From NCBI GenBank assembly GCA_041686025.1, contig JAWLEP010000004.1, forward strand, positions 6,156-60,509: a stretch of DNA of 54,354 nucleotides, written 5' to 3'. The notes under the pieces were generated by a model that had not been told where the DNA came from, did no database searches, and saw only the letters and a list, made by a program, of their open reading frames with translations. The position numbers and the translations under genes were made by a program. The DNA comes from Candidatus Fermentibacteraceae bacterium. Lineage in GTDB: Bacteria; Fermentibacterota; Fermentibacteria; Fermentibacterales; JCC-6. Shown piece by piece: positions 1-8,004 of the stretch; the first letter of the stretch is position 1, and each line of letters opens with the position of its first letter.

Positions 1-550
1 CCAGTTCCCTGGTGGAGATGAAGTCCTCCATGTTGCGGTAGCCGTAGTAGCTGAGGTACTGGACGTCGCGCAGCGAGCGGACGCTGGAGACGGGGCCGAT
101 GTTCCGCAGCCTTCGCTCCACCGCCGCCGCGTCCACCAGGCTCACCCTGTCCAGGGAGCGCAGGTCCCAGGACTTGGCCGTGTTCACCGGCAGCGGGCGC
201 ACCAGCAGGTTCTCCCAGGCGTCCACGGCTGCGTCCCCGGGGCCGTCCTCGGCCGCCAGCCGCTCCATGACGTCCGTCACCTCCGGGGAGAGGTCGCCCT
301 CCCCCGGGGGCTGGATCCGGAACGCCGCTCCCAGGGGCCGGAGGTCCTCCGGACCAACGGCGTCGCACTCCAGGGCCTGGTAGAGCTCCTCCAGGCCGCC
401 GGCCCGGAAGATGTACACCTCCAGGGACTCCGCCGCCGCGGGCTCCAGGCCGGACAACGCCGCTATCTCCTCCGCTGTGGCGCTGTTGAGATCGGGCTTC
501 TGACCAGGGGACGCCGCCACGAGCAGGGCCAGCAGCAGGCTAGAAAGCAT
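1..550 (-). CDS. Exported helix-hairpin-helix (ComEA-like) protein, truncated at window edge
   Basis: Not in ORF track. Manual translation from ATG at 550 gives MLSSLLLALLVAASPGQKPDLNSATAEEIAALSGL...RPLPVNTAKSWDLRSLDRVSLVDAAAV...: a signal peptide plus two HhH-like motifs, open to the window end. Confidence 0.7.
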   Translation of the reverse strand, partial: MLSSLLLALLVAASPGQKPDLNSATAEEIAALSGLEPAAAESLEVYIFRAGGLEELYQALECDAVGPEDLRPLGAAFRIQPPGEGDLSPEVTDVMERLAAEDGPGDAAVDAWENLLVRPLPVNTAKSWDLRSLDRVSLVDAAAVERRLRNIGPVSSVRSLRDVQYLSYYGYRNMEDFISTREL

Positions 551-1361
551 ACCTCACCCCTGCCTGGTGCGAGGGGTCCAGCTTGGGATGGGTCTGCACC
601 CCGTAATCCACCAGCATCCCCGACACCTCAACCGTCATGCCCGCCGTGAGGCTGGCGGGGTCGCTCACGGCGCCGGCGCGCAGGATCACCGGACCCAGGG
701 GGAGCGACTGCCCCACCATGATCCGGGTGCCCCGGAAGTCCTGGGAGACGACGAACCTGGAGGCCAGTCCCTCGGCCGGCTCGTACCTGATGCCGCCGTC
801 CAGCCGGCGCTGCAGGTAGTCGCCGCTCTCGCCCAGACGGGCCTGGAACGGGTTTCTGACCGATGCTGCCAGCATCCATCTGGGGTAGACCCTCACCTGG
901 AAGCCCATGTTCCAGGAGACCGCGGTGGCGCTGCCGTAGGAGCTCACTCCGTCGGCGATGTCGGTGCGTGCTATGGTGGGCTGGAGGCCGAAGGCCATCT
1001 GGTCGGTGAGCATGGTGGCGGCGGTGAGCGCCAGGACCTGCTCGCTGTAGAGGTCGCTGCCGAAGTAGCGCAGGGATGCGCCGCACGTCATCCCGTAGAG
1101 GGGCATGGCCCCGTCCAGGCCGTGGGTGGCGAAGTCCATGTTGGTAAAGGGAAGCCTGGAACCGGCCACCACCGAAGGGGCCGTCTGCCAGGCCAGTCCT
1201 GCCGGGTTGTAGAGCACCGATGCCAGGCCGGTGCCCACCACGCCGGTGCCGCCCATGGCCTGCAGCGGTACGCCCACCTCCAGCTCCTCGAAGGCCGCCC
1301 ATGACGGCATGGCGACGGCCAGGGCCAGCGCCAGAGCGGCTGCCGTTGCTGTATTCCTCAT
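540..1361 (-). CDS. PorV/PorQ-like outer-membrane beta-barrel protein
   Basis: Signal peptide; AMGG...YNPAGLA N-terminal motif typical of FadL/PorV-type barrels; amphipathic strands; C-terminal Phe (VRYAF). GTG at 1367 is an alternative start. Confidence 0.65.
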   Translation of the reverse strand: MRNTATAAALALALAVAMPSWAAFEELEVGVPLQAMGGTGVVGTGLASVLYNPAGLAWQTAPSVVAGSRLPFTNMDFATHGLDGAMPLYGMTCGASLRYFGSDLYSEQVLALTAATMLTDQMAFGLQPTIARTDIADGVSSYGSATAVSWNMGFQVRVYPRWMLAASVRNPFQARLGESGDYLQRRLDGGIRYEPAEGLASRFVVSQDFRGTRIMVGQSLPLGPVILRAGAVSDPASLTAGMTVEVSGMLVDYGVQTHPKLDPSHQAGVRYAF

Positions 1362-1368
1362 GGTCACC

Positions 1369-2391
1369 TCAATTCAACCGCTCTGCCACCACCAGCGTCT
1401 CCGTGGTAGTGTACCTGCTGCCGTCGGCCGCCACTCCCTCCAGAAGGAGGATGTACTGGCCCACCGGCAGCTTCACCTCGCTGTCGTCCCTGCCGTCGTA
1501 CATCATGACGTCGCCGCCGTAGCGGGAGTCGGCCAGCCTGGCCACCTCCCGGCCGGAGCGGTCGTAGACTATCAGCGTGAAGCGCATGTCGTCGGGTCCG
1601 CCGTACTCTATGTGGCACTGCTCGCCCTGGGCCGGGGAGAACGGGTTGTCCCAGAGGTCCAGGTGGAAGTTGTCGCCTATGGAGGGCTGGAACACCGCCA
1701 CGTCCTCCGGGTAGCGGGGCAGCAGCTGGTAGCCGCTGTCGTAGGGAGGCTCGGGGTCGTACTGGCCCCCTATTCCCGTCAGGAAGAGCCTCACCCCCGG
1801 CTCGATGCCGGCCATGGAGATCCCCGTGCTCTCGTTGACCCTTATGGCCACGGCGGTCTCCCCGTTCCAGACGGTGAAGTTGTACCCGCCGCCGGCGAAG
1901 CTGGGGTTGTCGGCCACGGTGACCCATCGCTGCTGGGACTGGTCGCCCAGGTCCAGCAGCATGCCCTCCACACTCTCGGAGACCCCCTGGTTCAGCACCA
2001 GCTGATAGGGGTCGGGAACGCCGGGGGAGCCCAGGTACTCGATGTCGCTCTCCGTACCGGGCTTTATCTCCACGAGGCCGTTGTACTGGGTTATCTCCCC
2101 GGTGACCCGAAGGCTGTCTCCGGCCTCGATGGGCGGGTCAGGGGTCAGGCCCGAACCGTACACGTTGATGCCGGCGGTAGTGTCCTGGACGTAGAAGCTG
2201 AGTCCCGAGCCGGTGCTGAAAAGCGTCCCCTCGCAGGTGGCCGTGGCCTCGATGGTGACGATCTCACCGGAGTAGTCCGGGACCCCGTCACCGTCGGCGT
2301 CCTGGCGGGCCTCCGCCACCGTAAGCAGCGGCTGGGCCATGACGGGCACCGCGCAGAACAGCGCAATGAGCGCCAGCCTGGTTGCTCTCAT
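1369..2391 (-). CDS. Secreted protein with two OB-fold-like repeats and a C-terminal FlgD/T9SS-type Ig domain
   Basis: Signal peptide; DADGDGVPD Ca-loop; FYVQDTTAGINVY...GDSLRVTGEITQYNGLVEI resembles YhcR-type OB folds; C-terminal NPFSP...IVYDRSGREV...YDGRD...LPVGQYIL. Confidence 0.7.
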   Translation of the reverse strand: MRATRLALIALFCAVPVMAQPLLTVAEARQDADGDGVPDYSGEIVTIEATATCEGTLFSTGSGLSFYVQDTTAGINVYGSGLTPDPPIEAGDSLRVTGEITQYNGLVEIKPGTESDIEYLGSPGVPDPYQLVLNQGVSESVEGMLLDLGDQSQQRWVTVADNPSFAGGGYNFTVWNGETAVAIRVNESTGISMAGIEPGVRLFLTGIGGQYDPEPPYDSGYQLLPRYPEDVAVFQPSIGDNFHLDLWDNPFSPAQGEQCHIEYGGPDDMRFTLIVYDRSGREVARLADSRYGGDVMMYDGRDDSEVKLPVGQYILLLEGVAADGSRYTTTETLVVAERLN

Positions 2392-2415
2392 CCGGTCCCC
2401 TTTCAGTCTCTTGCG

Positions 2416-3738
2416 TCAGTCCGTTGTGGAGATCTCCTCGTCGGCGAGCTCCGCCGCCCGCCCCAGGGCCTCCTCGGGTGTCATCTGTCCGTAGAGGGCT
2501 ATCTCGACGGCTTCGGAGAGGAACTCCCGGCCGTCGAACCATGCCTTCAGCTGCGGCTCGTAGGTGGCGTAGTCCAGCTGCCCCAGAACACCGCGCAGGC
2601 CGGGGTACTGGTCGATCCTCTCCCGGGCGGCGGGCTCCTCCAGGGAGCTGACCCTGGCGGGCAGGTAGCCGGTTGCCGCGAACCATCGTGCCTGCTGCTG
2701 CGGCGCGGTGAACCACTTCACGAACTCCCATGCCGCGTCGATCCGGGCCGGAGGATGGTCCCGGAATATCACCACGTTGGTTCCCGAGATTATCACTCCG
2801 GGACGCCGGCCGGCGGGCAGGGGGGCTATTCCGATCCTGAATGTCGAGAGTCCGTTCTCCGCCCTGCGGGCCATGTCGCTCTCCATGAAGGCCAGCGAGG
2901 TAACCGAGCCCTGCACCAGCCCCACCCTGCCCTCGGCGAACTCCTTCTGGTGCTCGTAGCCGGTGGAGAGGTAGGCCACGCTGTCCTCGTGTATCAGCGA
3001 GGAGAGGAACTCCAGGGCCTCCACCCCCCGGGGACCGGAAAAAGCGGTGCTCTGGGAATCCGGCGCCATCAGGTCCCCTCCGGCCTGCACCAGCAGGTTC
3101 TCGAACATCCAGGTGCTCACGGAGAAGGCGGTTCCCCATACGTCCGACTCGTCGCGAAGGTCCCCGTCGCCGTTGCCGTCTATGGTGAGGCTGCGCAGCA
3201 GCCGCCGCTGCTCCTCCCAGGTCCCGGCGGGCTCAAGGCCCAGGCTGTCGAAGAGGGCGGTGTTGTAGTAGATGGCGGGGACGCTCTTGTTGAAGGGGAA
3301 GCTGTAGACGGTGCCGTCGAAGCTGTTGTTGCGGCGGAATACCTCGAAGAGGTCCTCCCAGTCCTCATCGGTGAAGGAGGGGTCGGCCGCCATCAGGCTG
3401 TCGAAGCTCACCAGCACGCCGCCGTCTATCAGCTGGGCCGTCCAGGTCTCGTAGGCCTGCGCCACCACCGGGGGATTGCCCGCCATGACGCTGGCCATGA
3501 TCTTCTGGCTCAGGGCGCGGTAGTTGCCCATGGAGACGGGCACCACCTCTATTCCGGGGTGGGAGGCGTTGAACTCGGCGATCAGGGTATCCTCCAGCAT
3601 CTCGCCCAGGGGGCCGCCCATGGCGTGCCAGAAGATCACGGTGGCTGCACCGTCTTCCGCACCGTCCCCCCCGCAGGCCGCCACGACCAGGGCGAGGGCA
3701 ACCGCAGCCGGAATCGTGCGCCAACTGGCCGTTGCCAT
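2416..3738 (-). CDS. ABC transporter solute-binding lipoprotein (UgpB/sugar-binding family)
   Basis: Lipobox VAAC; FWHAMGG, PFNKS..IYYN, AAWEFVKW and TGYLP motifs. Confidence 0.85.
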   Translation of the reverse strand: MATASWRTIPAAVALALVVAACGGDGAEDGAATVIFWHAMGGPLGEMLEDTLIAEFNASHPGIEVVPVSMGNYRALSQKIMASVMAGNPPVVAQAYETWTAQLIDGGVLVSFDSLMAADPSFTDEDWEDLFEVFRRNNSFDGTVYSFPFNKSVPAIYYNTALFDSLGLEPAGTWEEQRRLLRSLTIDGNGDGDLRDESDVWGTAFSVSTWMFENLLVQAGGDLMAPDSQSTAFSGPRGVEALEFLSSLIHEDSVAYLSTGYEHQKEFAEGRVGLVQGSVTSLAFMESDMARRAENGLSTFRIGIAPLPAGRRPGVIISGTNVVIFRDHPPARIDAAWEFVKWFTAPQQQARWFAATGYLPARVSSLEEPAARERIDQYPGLRGVLGQLDYATYEPQLKAWFDGREFLSEAVEIALYGQMTPEEALGRAAELADEEISTTD

Positions 3739-3784
3739 AGTGCTTCTCCGGATTGGGTGTGCTCGCTGCCGGGATGTCCCGGGT

Positions 3785-3790
3785 ATTATA
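3785..3790 (-). promoter_or_regulatory. Possible sigma70 -10 element (TATAAT) for the SBP operon
   Basis: Perfect TATAAT about 47 nt upstream of the SBP start in a GC-rich context; no clear -35. Confidence 0.35.
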
Positions 3791-3832
3791 TGAACGCCCC
3801 GTCCCCGTGCCCAGCAACCATCGGTGCCCGAT

Positions 3833-3923
3833 CAGGGTCAGACGTCAACTAGTCAACTATTTTTCAACCGTGGCTTTCCGCGCATGGAGCGAAAAATAGT
3901 TGACTAGTTGACGTCTGACCCTG
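3833..3923. repeat. Perfect 33-bp inverted repeat with 25-nt spacer (MITE/REP-like)
   Basis: CAGGGTCAGACGTCAACTAGTCAACTATTTTTC at 3833-3865 and its exact reverse complement at 3891-3923. Confidence 0.9.
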
Positions 3924-3933
3924 TTTTCATCGG

Positions 3934-4185
3934 TCAGTCGCAGGAGCCGTCGCTGCAGCAGCTGCCTTTGGGGCAGCAGGAGCCGCCGTCATCGGACGGG
4001 CCTCCGCTTCGGTAGTCGGTGGCGTGGAAGCCGGGGCCCTTGAAGATCAGCCCGGCGCCGCCGCCGATGAGGCGCTCCACGCCGCCTCCGCACTCGGGAC
4101 ACTCCTCCAGGGGGTCGTCGGTGATCTTCTGGAACCTCTCGAACCTGTGTCCGCAGGCCCTGCACTCGTAGTCGTAGGTGGGCAT
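3934..4185 (-). CDS. FmdB-family zinc-ribbon protein
   Basis: MPTYDYECRACGHRFE...CPECGG...LIFKGPGFHATDY. Confidence 0.9.
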   Translation of the reverse strand: MPTYDYECRACGHRFERFQKITDDPLEECPECGGGVERLIGGGAGLIFKGPGFHATDYRSGGPSDDGGSCCPKGSCCSDGSCD

Positions 4186-4193
4186 GGTCTCTC

Positions 4194-5075
4194 CTATCCC
4201 TGCCGGCGCAGAAGGCTCTCCGCCCTGCGCCAGACCTGCCTCATGTCCTCCGCCGCCCCTTCCCCGAAGTGCTCCACCGGGGCCTTTCGGGCGACTATGG
4301 CTTCCGTGACGCGGTCATCGTAGCGTATGCGGCCCAGGAACTCCGCTCCCGTCTCCCGCGCCATGTCCTCTATCCGCCCGGTCATCTCCGGGCTTATGTC
4401 CCATCTGTTCACGGCCACCGCCGACTCCACGCCCAGCCGGGAGGACAGCGACAGCAGCCTCTGCAGGTCGTGGACTCCGGAGACCGAGGGCTCGGCCAGC
4501 ATCAGCGCCAGGTCCACCCCGGTGAGCGAGGCGATCACCGGGCACCCGATGCCGGGGGAACCATCTATTACTACCAGGTCAAGTTCTTTTCTGCCAGCCC
4601 ACTGCGCAGCCCTCTTCCTGACCAGGCTCACCAGCTTGCCGGAGTTCTCCCGGCCCAGGGCCAGCTCGGCGTGCACCATGGGCCCGCGCCTGGTGGCCGA
4701 ACGGTAGACCCAGCCGTCCAGGGAGGGCGAGAAGTCTATGGCATCGGCGGGGCAGGCCAGCCGGCACACCCCGCACCCCTCGCAGAAGGTCTGGTCCACC
4801 ACCGGGGGCTCGCTCCCCTGGCGGGTGAACGCGTCGAAGCGGCAGACCTCCACGCAGCGTCCGCATCCGGTGCAGAGGTCGGGGATCACCGCGGCCTTGC
4901 TGCCCCCGGAGAACTCCTCGCTGTCCAGCCGGCGGGGGTCGAAGACCAGGTAGAGGTCCGCGGCGTCCACATCGCAGTCGGCCAGCACGCTGTCCGGCGC
5001 CAGCACGGATATGGAGGCCGCCAGGGAGGTCTTGCCGGTCCCGCCCTTGCCGCTCACCACGGTCAGCTCCTTCAC
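4194..5075 (-). CDS. MinD/ParA-type P-loop ATPase with inserted 2x4Fe-4S ferredoxin domain (COG1149-like)
   Basis: SGKGGTGKT, DCDVDAADL, CTGCGRC..C and CEGCGVC...CP, GRENSGKLV. Confidence 0.88.
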   Translation of the reverse strand: MKELTVVSGKGGTGKTSLAASISVLAPDSVLADCDVDAADLYLVFDPRRLDSEEFSGGSKAAVIPDLCTGCGRCVEVCRFDAFTRQGSEPPVVDQTFCEGCGVCRLACPADAIDFSPSLDGWVYRSATRRGPMVHAELALGRENSGKLVSLVRKRAAQWAGRKELDLVVIDGSPGIGCPVIASLTGVDLALMLAEPSVSGVHDLQRLLSLSSRLGVESAVAVNRWDISPEMTGRIEDMARETGAEFLGRIRYDDRVTEAIVARKAPVEHFGEGAAEDMRQVWRRAESLLRRQG

Positions 5076-5947
5076 CGGGCCGCCCCTTCCCGACGGGCCA
5101 GGATCCCGTCCAGCATGCGGTCCATCCAGCCGCGCATCTCGGGGGAGGCCGCCGGAAGCAGCTCCCCCCGGGAGTAGGCCTCGGCCAGCCTCCTTCGGAA
5201 GGGTATCCGTGCCAGTACCTCAATTCCCCTCTCTTCGCACCACCTGTCCACCGAGTCGTCTCCCATTCCCGCCCGGTTGATCACGGTGCCGAAGGGCAGG
5301 CGCATCTGCTCCACGGTCTCCGCCGCCAGCTTCAGGTCGCTGAGCCCGAAGGGAGTGGGCTCGGTGACCAGCACCACGTAATCGCTTCCCCGCAGGGCGG
5401 CTATCATGGGGCAGGCGGTTCCCGGAGGGCTGTCCACAACCATCAGCTGCGAGGGGGGCGCTTCCTCCAGCACGGCGTCGATTACCGGGGGGGCCATGGC
5501 CTCTCCCACGTTGAGGACTCCGTGTACGAAGGACAGGCTTCCGCCGGGAACCTCCGCCCGCCCATGCTCCACCGTTCCCACGGCGCGGCCCACCTCGGTG
5601 ATGGCCCCCTCCGGGCACGCCATGGTGCATCCGCCGCAGCCGTGGCACAGCTCCGGGAAGGTGGCCACAGTATTGGGCAGCGCCGTGATGGCCCCGAACT
5701 GGCAGACCTCTCCGCACCGGCCGCAGAGGGTGCAGGCCTCCTCGTCCACCCTGGGAACAGGCACCTGCACCTCCCGGGAATGCTCCATCTCCGGATGCAG
5801 GAAGAGGTGGCCGTTGGGCTCCTCCACGTCGCAGTCCACGTACACCGCGTCCAGGCCTCGCATGGCCGCTACCGCGGCCAGCCCGGTGGCCAGTGTCGTC
5901 TTTCCGGTACCGCCCTTGCCGCTGGCCAGGGCGAGCTTGATGGTCAA
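5072..5947 (-). CDS. MinD/ParA-type P-loop ATPase with inserted 2x4Fe-4S ferredoxin domain (paralogue)
   Basis: SGKGGTGKTT, DCDVEEPN, CTLCGRC and CHGCGGC...CP, DSPPGTACP, EPTPFGLSDL. Confidence 0.88.
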   Translation of the reverse strand: MTIKLALASGKGGTGKTTLATGLAAVAAMRGLDAVYVDCDVEEPNGHLFLHPEMEHSREVQVPVPRVDEEACTLCGRCGEVCQFGAITALPNTVATFPELCHGCGGCTMACPEGAITEVGRAVGTVEHGRAEVPGGSLSFVHGVLNVGEAMAPPVIDAVLEEAPPSQLMVVDSPPGTACPMIAALRGSDYVVLVTEPTPFGLSDLKLAAETVEQMRLPFGTVINRAGMGDDSVDRWCEERGIEVLARIPFRRRLAEAYSRGELLPAASPEMRGWMDRMLDGILARREGAAR

Positions 5948-5975
5948 GTCCCTTTCCTTCCCTCCGCCTGCCGTA

Positions 5976-6284
5976 TCACGTACTCACCATTGCTATCGCG
6001 TCTTCGGGGCACTCACGGGCGCAGGCGCCGCATCCCTGGCAGCCCCTGAGGACCCGCGCGGTCCCCCGCCTCACCCGGATCCTGCGGTAGTAGCAGATAG
6101 AGGCGCAGGTTCCGCAGCAGCGGCAGCCGTCGGCATCCACCACGGCCCTCCGCAGGGGCCGGGGTCTGCCCCGCAGTCCCCTGCCGGGATAGCCCTCGGC
6201 TCTCTTCGGGCCGCTCCCGAACAGACCCCGAAGAACTCCTGGCAATGTGCGCAAGAATGATGCCCGAATGTTCCGGCCTTCCAT
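5976..6284 (-). CDS. Small 4Fe-4S dicluster ferredoxin-like protein
   Basis: CRCCGTCASIC and CQGCGACARECP motifs; same strand as the ATPase pair. Confidence 0.7.
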   Translation of the reverse strand: MEGRNIRASFLRTLPGVLRGLFGSGPKRAEGYPGRGLRGRPRPLRRAVVDADGCRCCGTCASICYYRRIRVRRGTARVLRGCQGCGACARECPEDAIAMVST

Positions 6285-6356
6285 TTCCCTGTGGACCAGC
6301 GCCTTGCAAAAGAGAATGCGTTCCGCCCGGGCGGGTTCCGGGCCACAATGACTCAG

Positions 6357-6411
6357 TTAGGTATAACTAATTAGGCGGGTCCGTCAACTTCTCTTAGGCG
6401 GGTCCGTCAAC
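6357..6411 (-). promoter_or_regulatory. Putative promoter/operator: 18-bp direct repeat containing TTGACG plus a TTAG-N6-CTAA palindrome
   Basis: TTAGGCGGGTCCGTCAAC at 6371-6388 and 6394-6411; TTAGGTATAACTAA at 6357-6370; minus strand reads TTGACG-N16-TATACC. Confidence 0.5.
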
Positions 6412-7430
6412 GTCTCCCGGGGCTCGGGCTCCTCCGCGTAGCGCCCGATCTCCCCGGCGCCCAGGCCCTCCATGGCCGCCGCAACCAGCCCTGCGGCTAT
6501 GATGGGGAGGAACTGGCTGGCGTGGAATACGATGGCCAGCAGCTTGGCCCTGGTGTCAGGCACGCCGGCGATGGCGGGCAGAAGAACTCCTATCGCGTAG
6601 TGCACCGTACCGGTCCCCGCCGGGGTGGGGATCAGCATCCCGAAGGCGGCCAGCACCAGTATCAGAAACGGCAGCAGGGGGTCTACCTCCATCCGCAGGC
6701 TCAGCAGGGCGGGAACGGTGGAGAGGGCCAGGGAGAGCCACACGCCACCGGACAGAAGGGCCACCTGGACCACCTCCCTGGTGCTCCGCAGCACCTCCAG
6801 GCCCTCGGTGAAGGAGATCAGTATGGACTCCACCCTTTCGGCCAGGCCGGATGAGATCATGCCGAAGGGCCTGGCCACCGCGGCCGCGGCCCTCTCGTGC
6901 CACATCCGCAGGGCCACCAGGACCCCCAGCACGGCCAGGTACATCACACCGGCCCCCGCCAGGCCCAGCCGCACGCCGGGGGAGAAGGAGTCCCAGCTGG
7001 ACAGCAGGACCAGCAGGGTGAAGGCGGTGAGGGTGAGGCCGTCGAAGAGCCTGGCCAGCACCACAGTTGCCATTGAGGAGGCCCGGGATATCCCCGTCTT
7101 CCGGGCGAGCAGCAGGGCCCTGGCCACCTCTCCCACCCTTCCCGGCAGCAGGGAGTTGATCATGAATCCGCTGAGCAGCGGCCCGCTGGCCACCCGGAAG
7201 CTTACCCTGCCCACCGGGGAGAGGAGTATGCGCCAGCGGACTATGCGGAGGACGTAGCTGAGGGCCAGAAGGGGGAGGACCGCCGCCAGCCAGGGCCAGT
7301 CCGACTGCGCAAGGGCCCTGCCCAGGGCCTCGAGGTCGGTCCGACGGTAGGTCAGCCACAGGGTGGCCGCCGCCACGGCCAGACCTATGGCCAGCCTGAG
7401 CGTCAGCCGGGCTGCGCCCCGTCTAGCCAT
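6384..7430 (-). CDS. Lysylphosphatidylglycerol-synthase-TM / flippase-like membrane protein (UPF0104)
   Basis: Multi-TM; RWRILL, NSLLPGRVGEVAR, ARLFD and IPTPAGTG motifs. Confidence 0.85.
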   Translation of the reverse strand: MARRGAARLTLRLAIGLAVAAATLWLTYRRTDLEALGRALAQSDWPWLAAVLPLLALSYVLRIVRWRILLSPVGRVSFRVASGPLLSGFMINSLLPGRVGEVARALLLARKTGISRASSMATVVLARLFDGLTLTAFTLLVLLSSWDSFSPGVRLGLAGAGVMYLAVLGVLVALRMWHERAAAAVARPFGMISSGLAERVESILISFTEGLEVLRSTREVVQVALLSGGVWLSLALSTVPALLSLRMEVDPLLPFLILVLAAFGMLIPTPAGTGTVHYAIGVLLPAIAGVPDTRAKLLAIVFHASQFLPIIAAGLVAAAMEGLGAGEIGRYAEEPEPRETLTDPPKRS

Positions 7431-8004
7431 GGGCCTCCAGCCTCGACTCCAGGCAGTGGCACAGCGCGTGCTCCATGACCAGCATGCACTCCTGGGCGTG
7501 GCTGGTGATGCCGGAGGGGGCCCTGACCACCACGTCGCAGAGCCCGCCCAGCGGTCCGGGGTCCGCTCCGGTCAGCCCCACCACGGACATTCCCGTCCTG
7601 GCGGCGGAATCCGCGGCGTTGAGCACGTTCCGCGACCGGCCGCTGGTGGAGATGGCCAGAAGCACGTCTCCCGGCCTGCCCAGCGCCTCCACCTGCCTGG
7701 CGAACACGCGGTGGTATCCGAAGTCGTTGGCCACAGCGGTGATCACGGCGGCATCCGCCGAGAGCGCGATGGCGGCCATGCCCGGCCGCTCCAGGCGGAA
7801 GCGGCCCACCAGCTCGGCGGCCACGTGCATGGAGTCGGCCGCGCTGCCTCCGTTGCCGCAGACCAGCAGCCTGCCCCCCCCGGAGAGCGACTTCCAGCAG
7901 ACGTCCACCGCCCTTTCGAGGTCGGCCGTCTCCATCCCCTGGAAGGCCGACCTGGCCGCCTCCAGGTAGGCCCTGGCCGCGCTGCGGCTCATCCCGTCAC
8001 CCAT
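7423..8004 (-). CDS. gmhA: D-sedoheptulose-7-phosphate isomerase
   Basis: CGNGGSAAD, NDFGY..VFARQVEA, ISTSGRSRN. Confidence 0.9.
   Translation of the reverse strand: MGDGMSRSAARAYLEAARSAFQGMETADLERAVDVCWKSLSGGGRLLVCGNGGSAADSMHVAAELVGRFRLERPGMAAIALSADAAVITAVANDFGYHRVFARQVEALGRPGDVLLAISTSGRSRNVLNAADSAARTGMSVVGLTGADPGPLGGLCDVVVRAPSGITSHAQECMLVMEHALCHCLESRLEAHG

Noticed and set aside
6371-6411. Direct repeat as a CRISPR remnant
   Set aside because: Only two 18-bp copies separated by 5 nt, and no cas genes.
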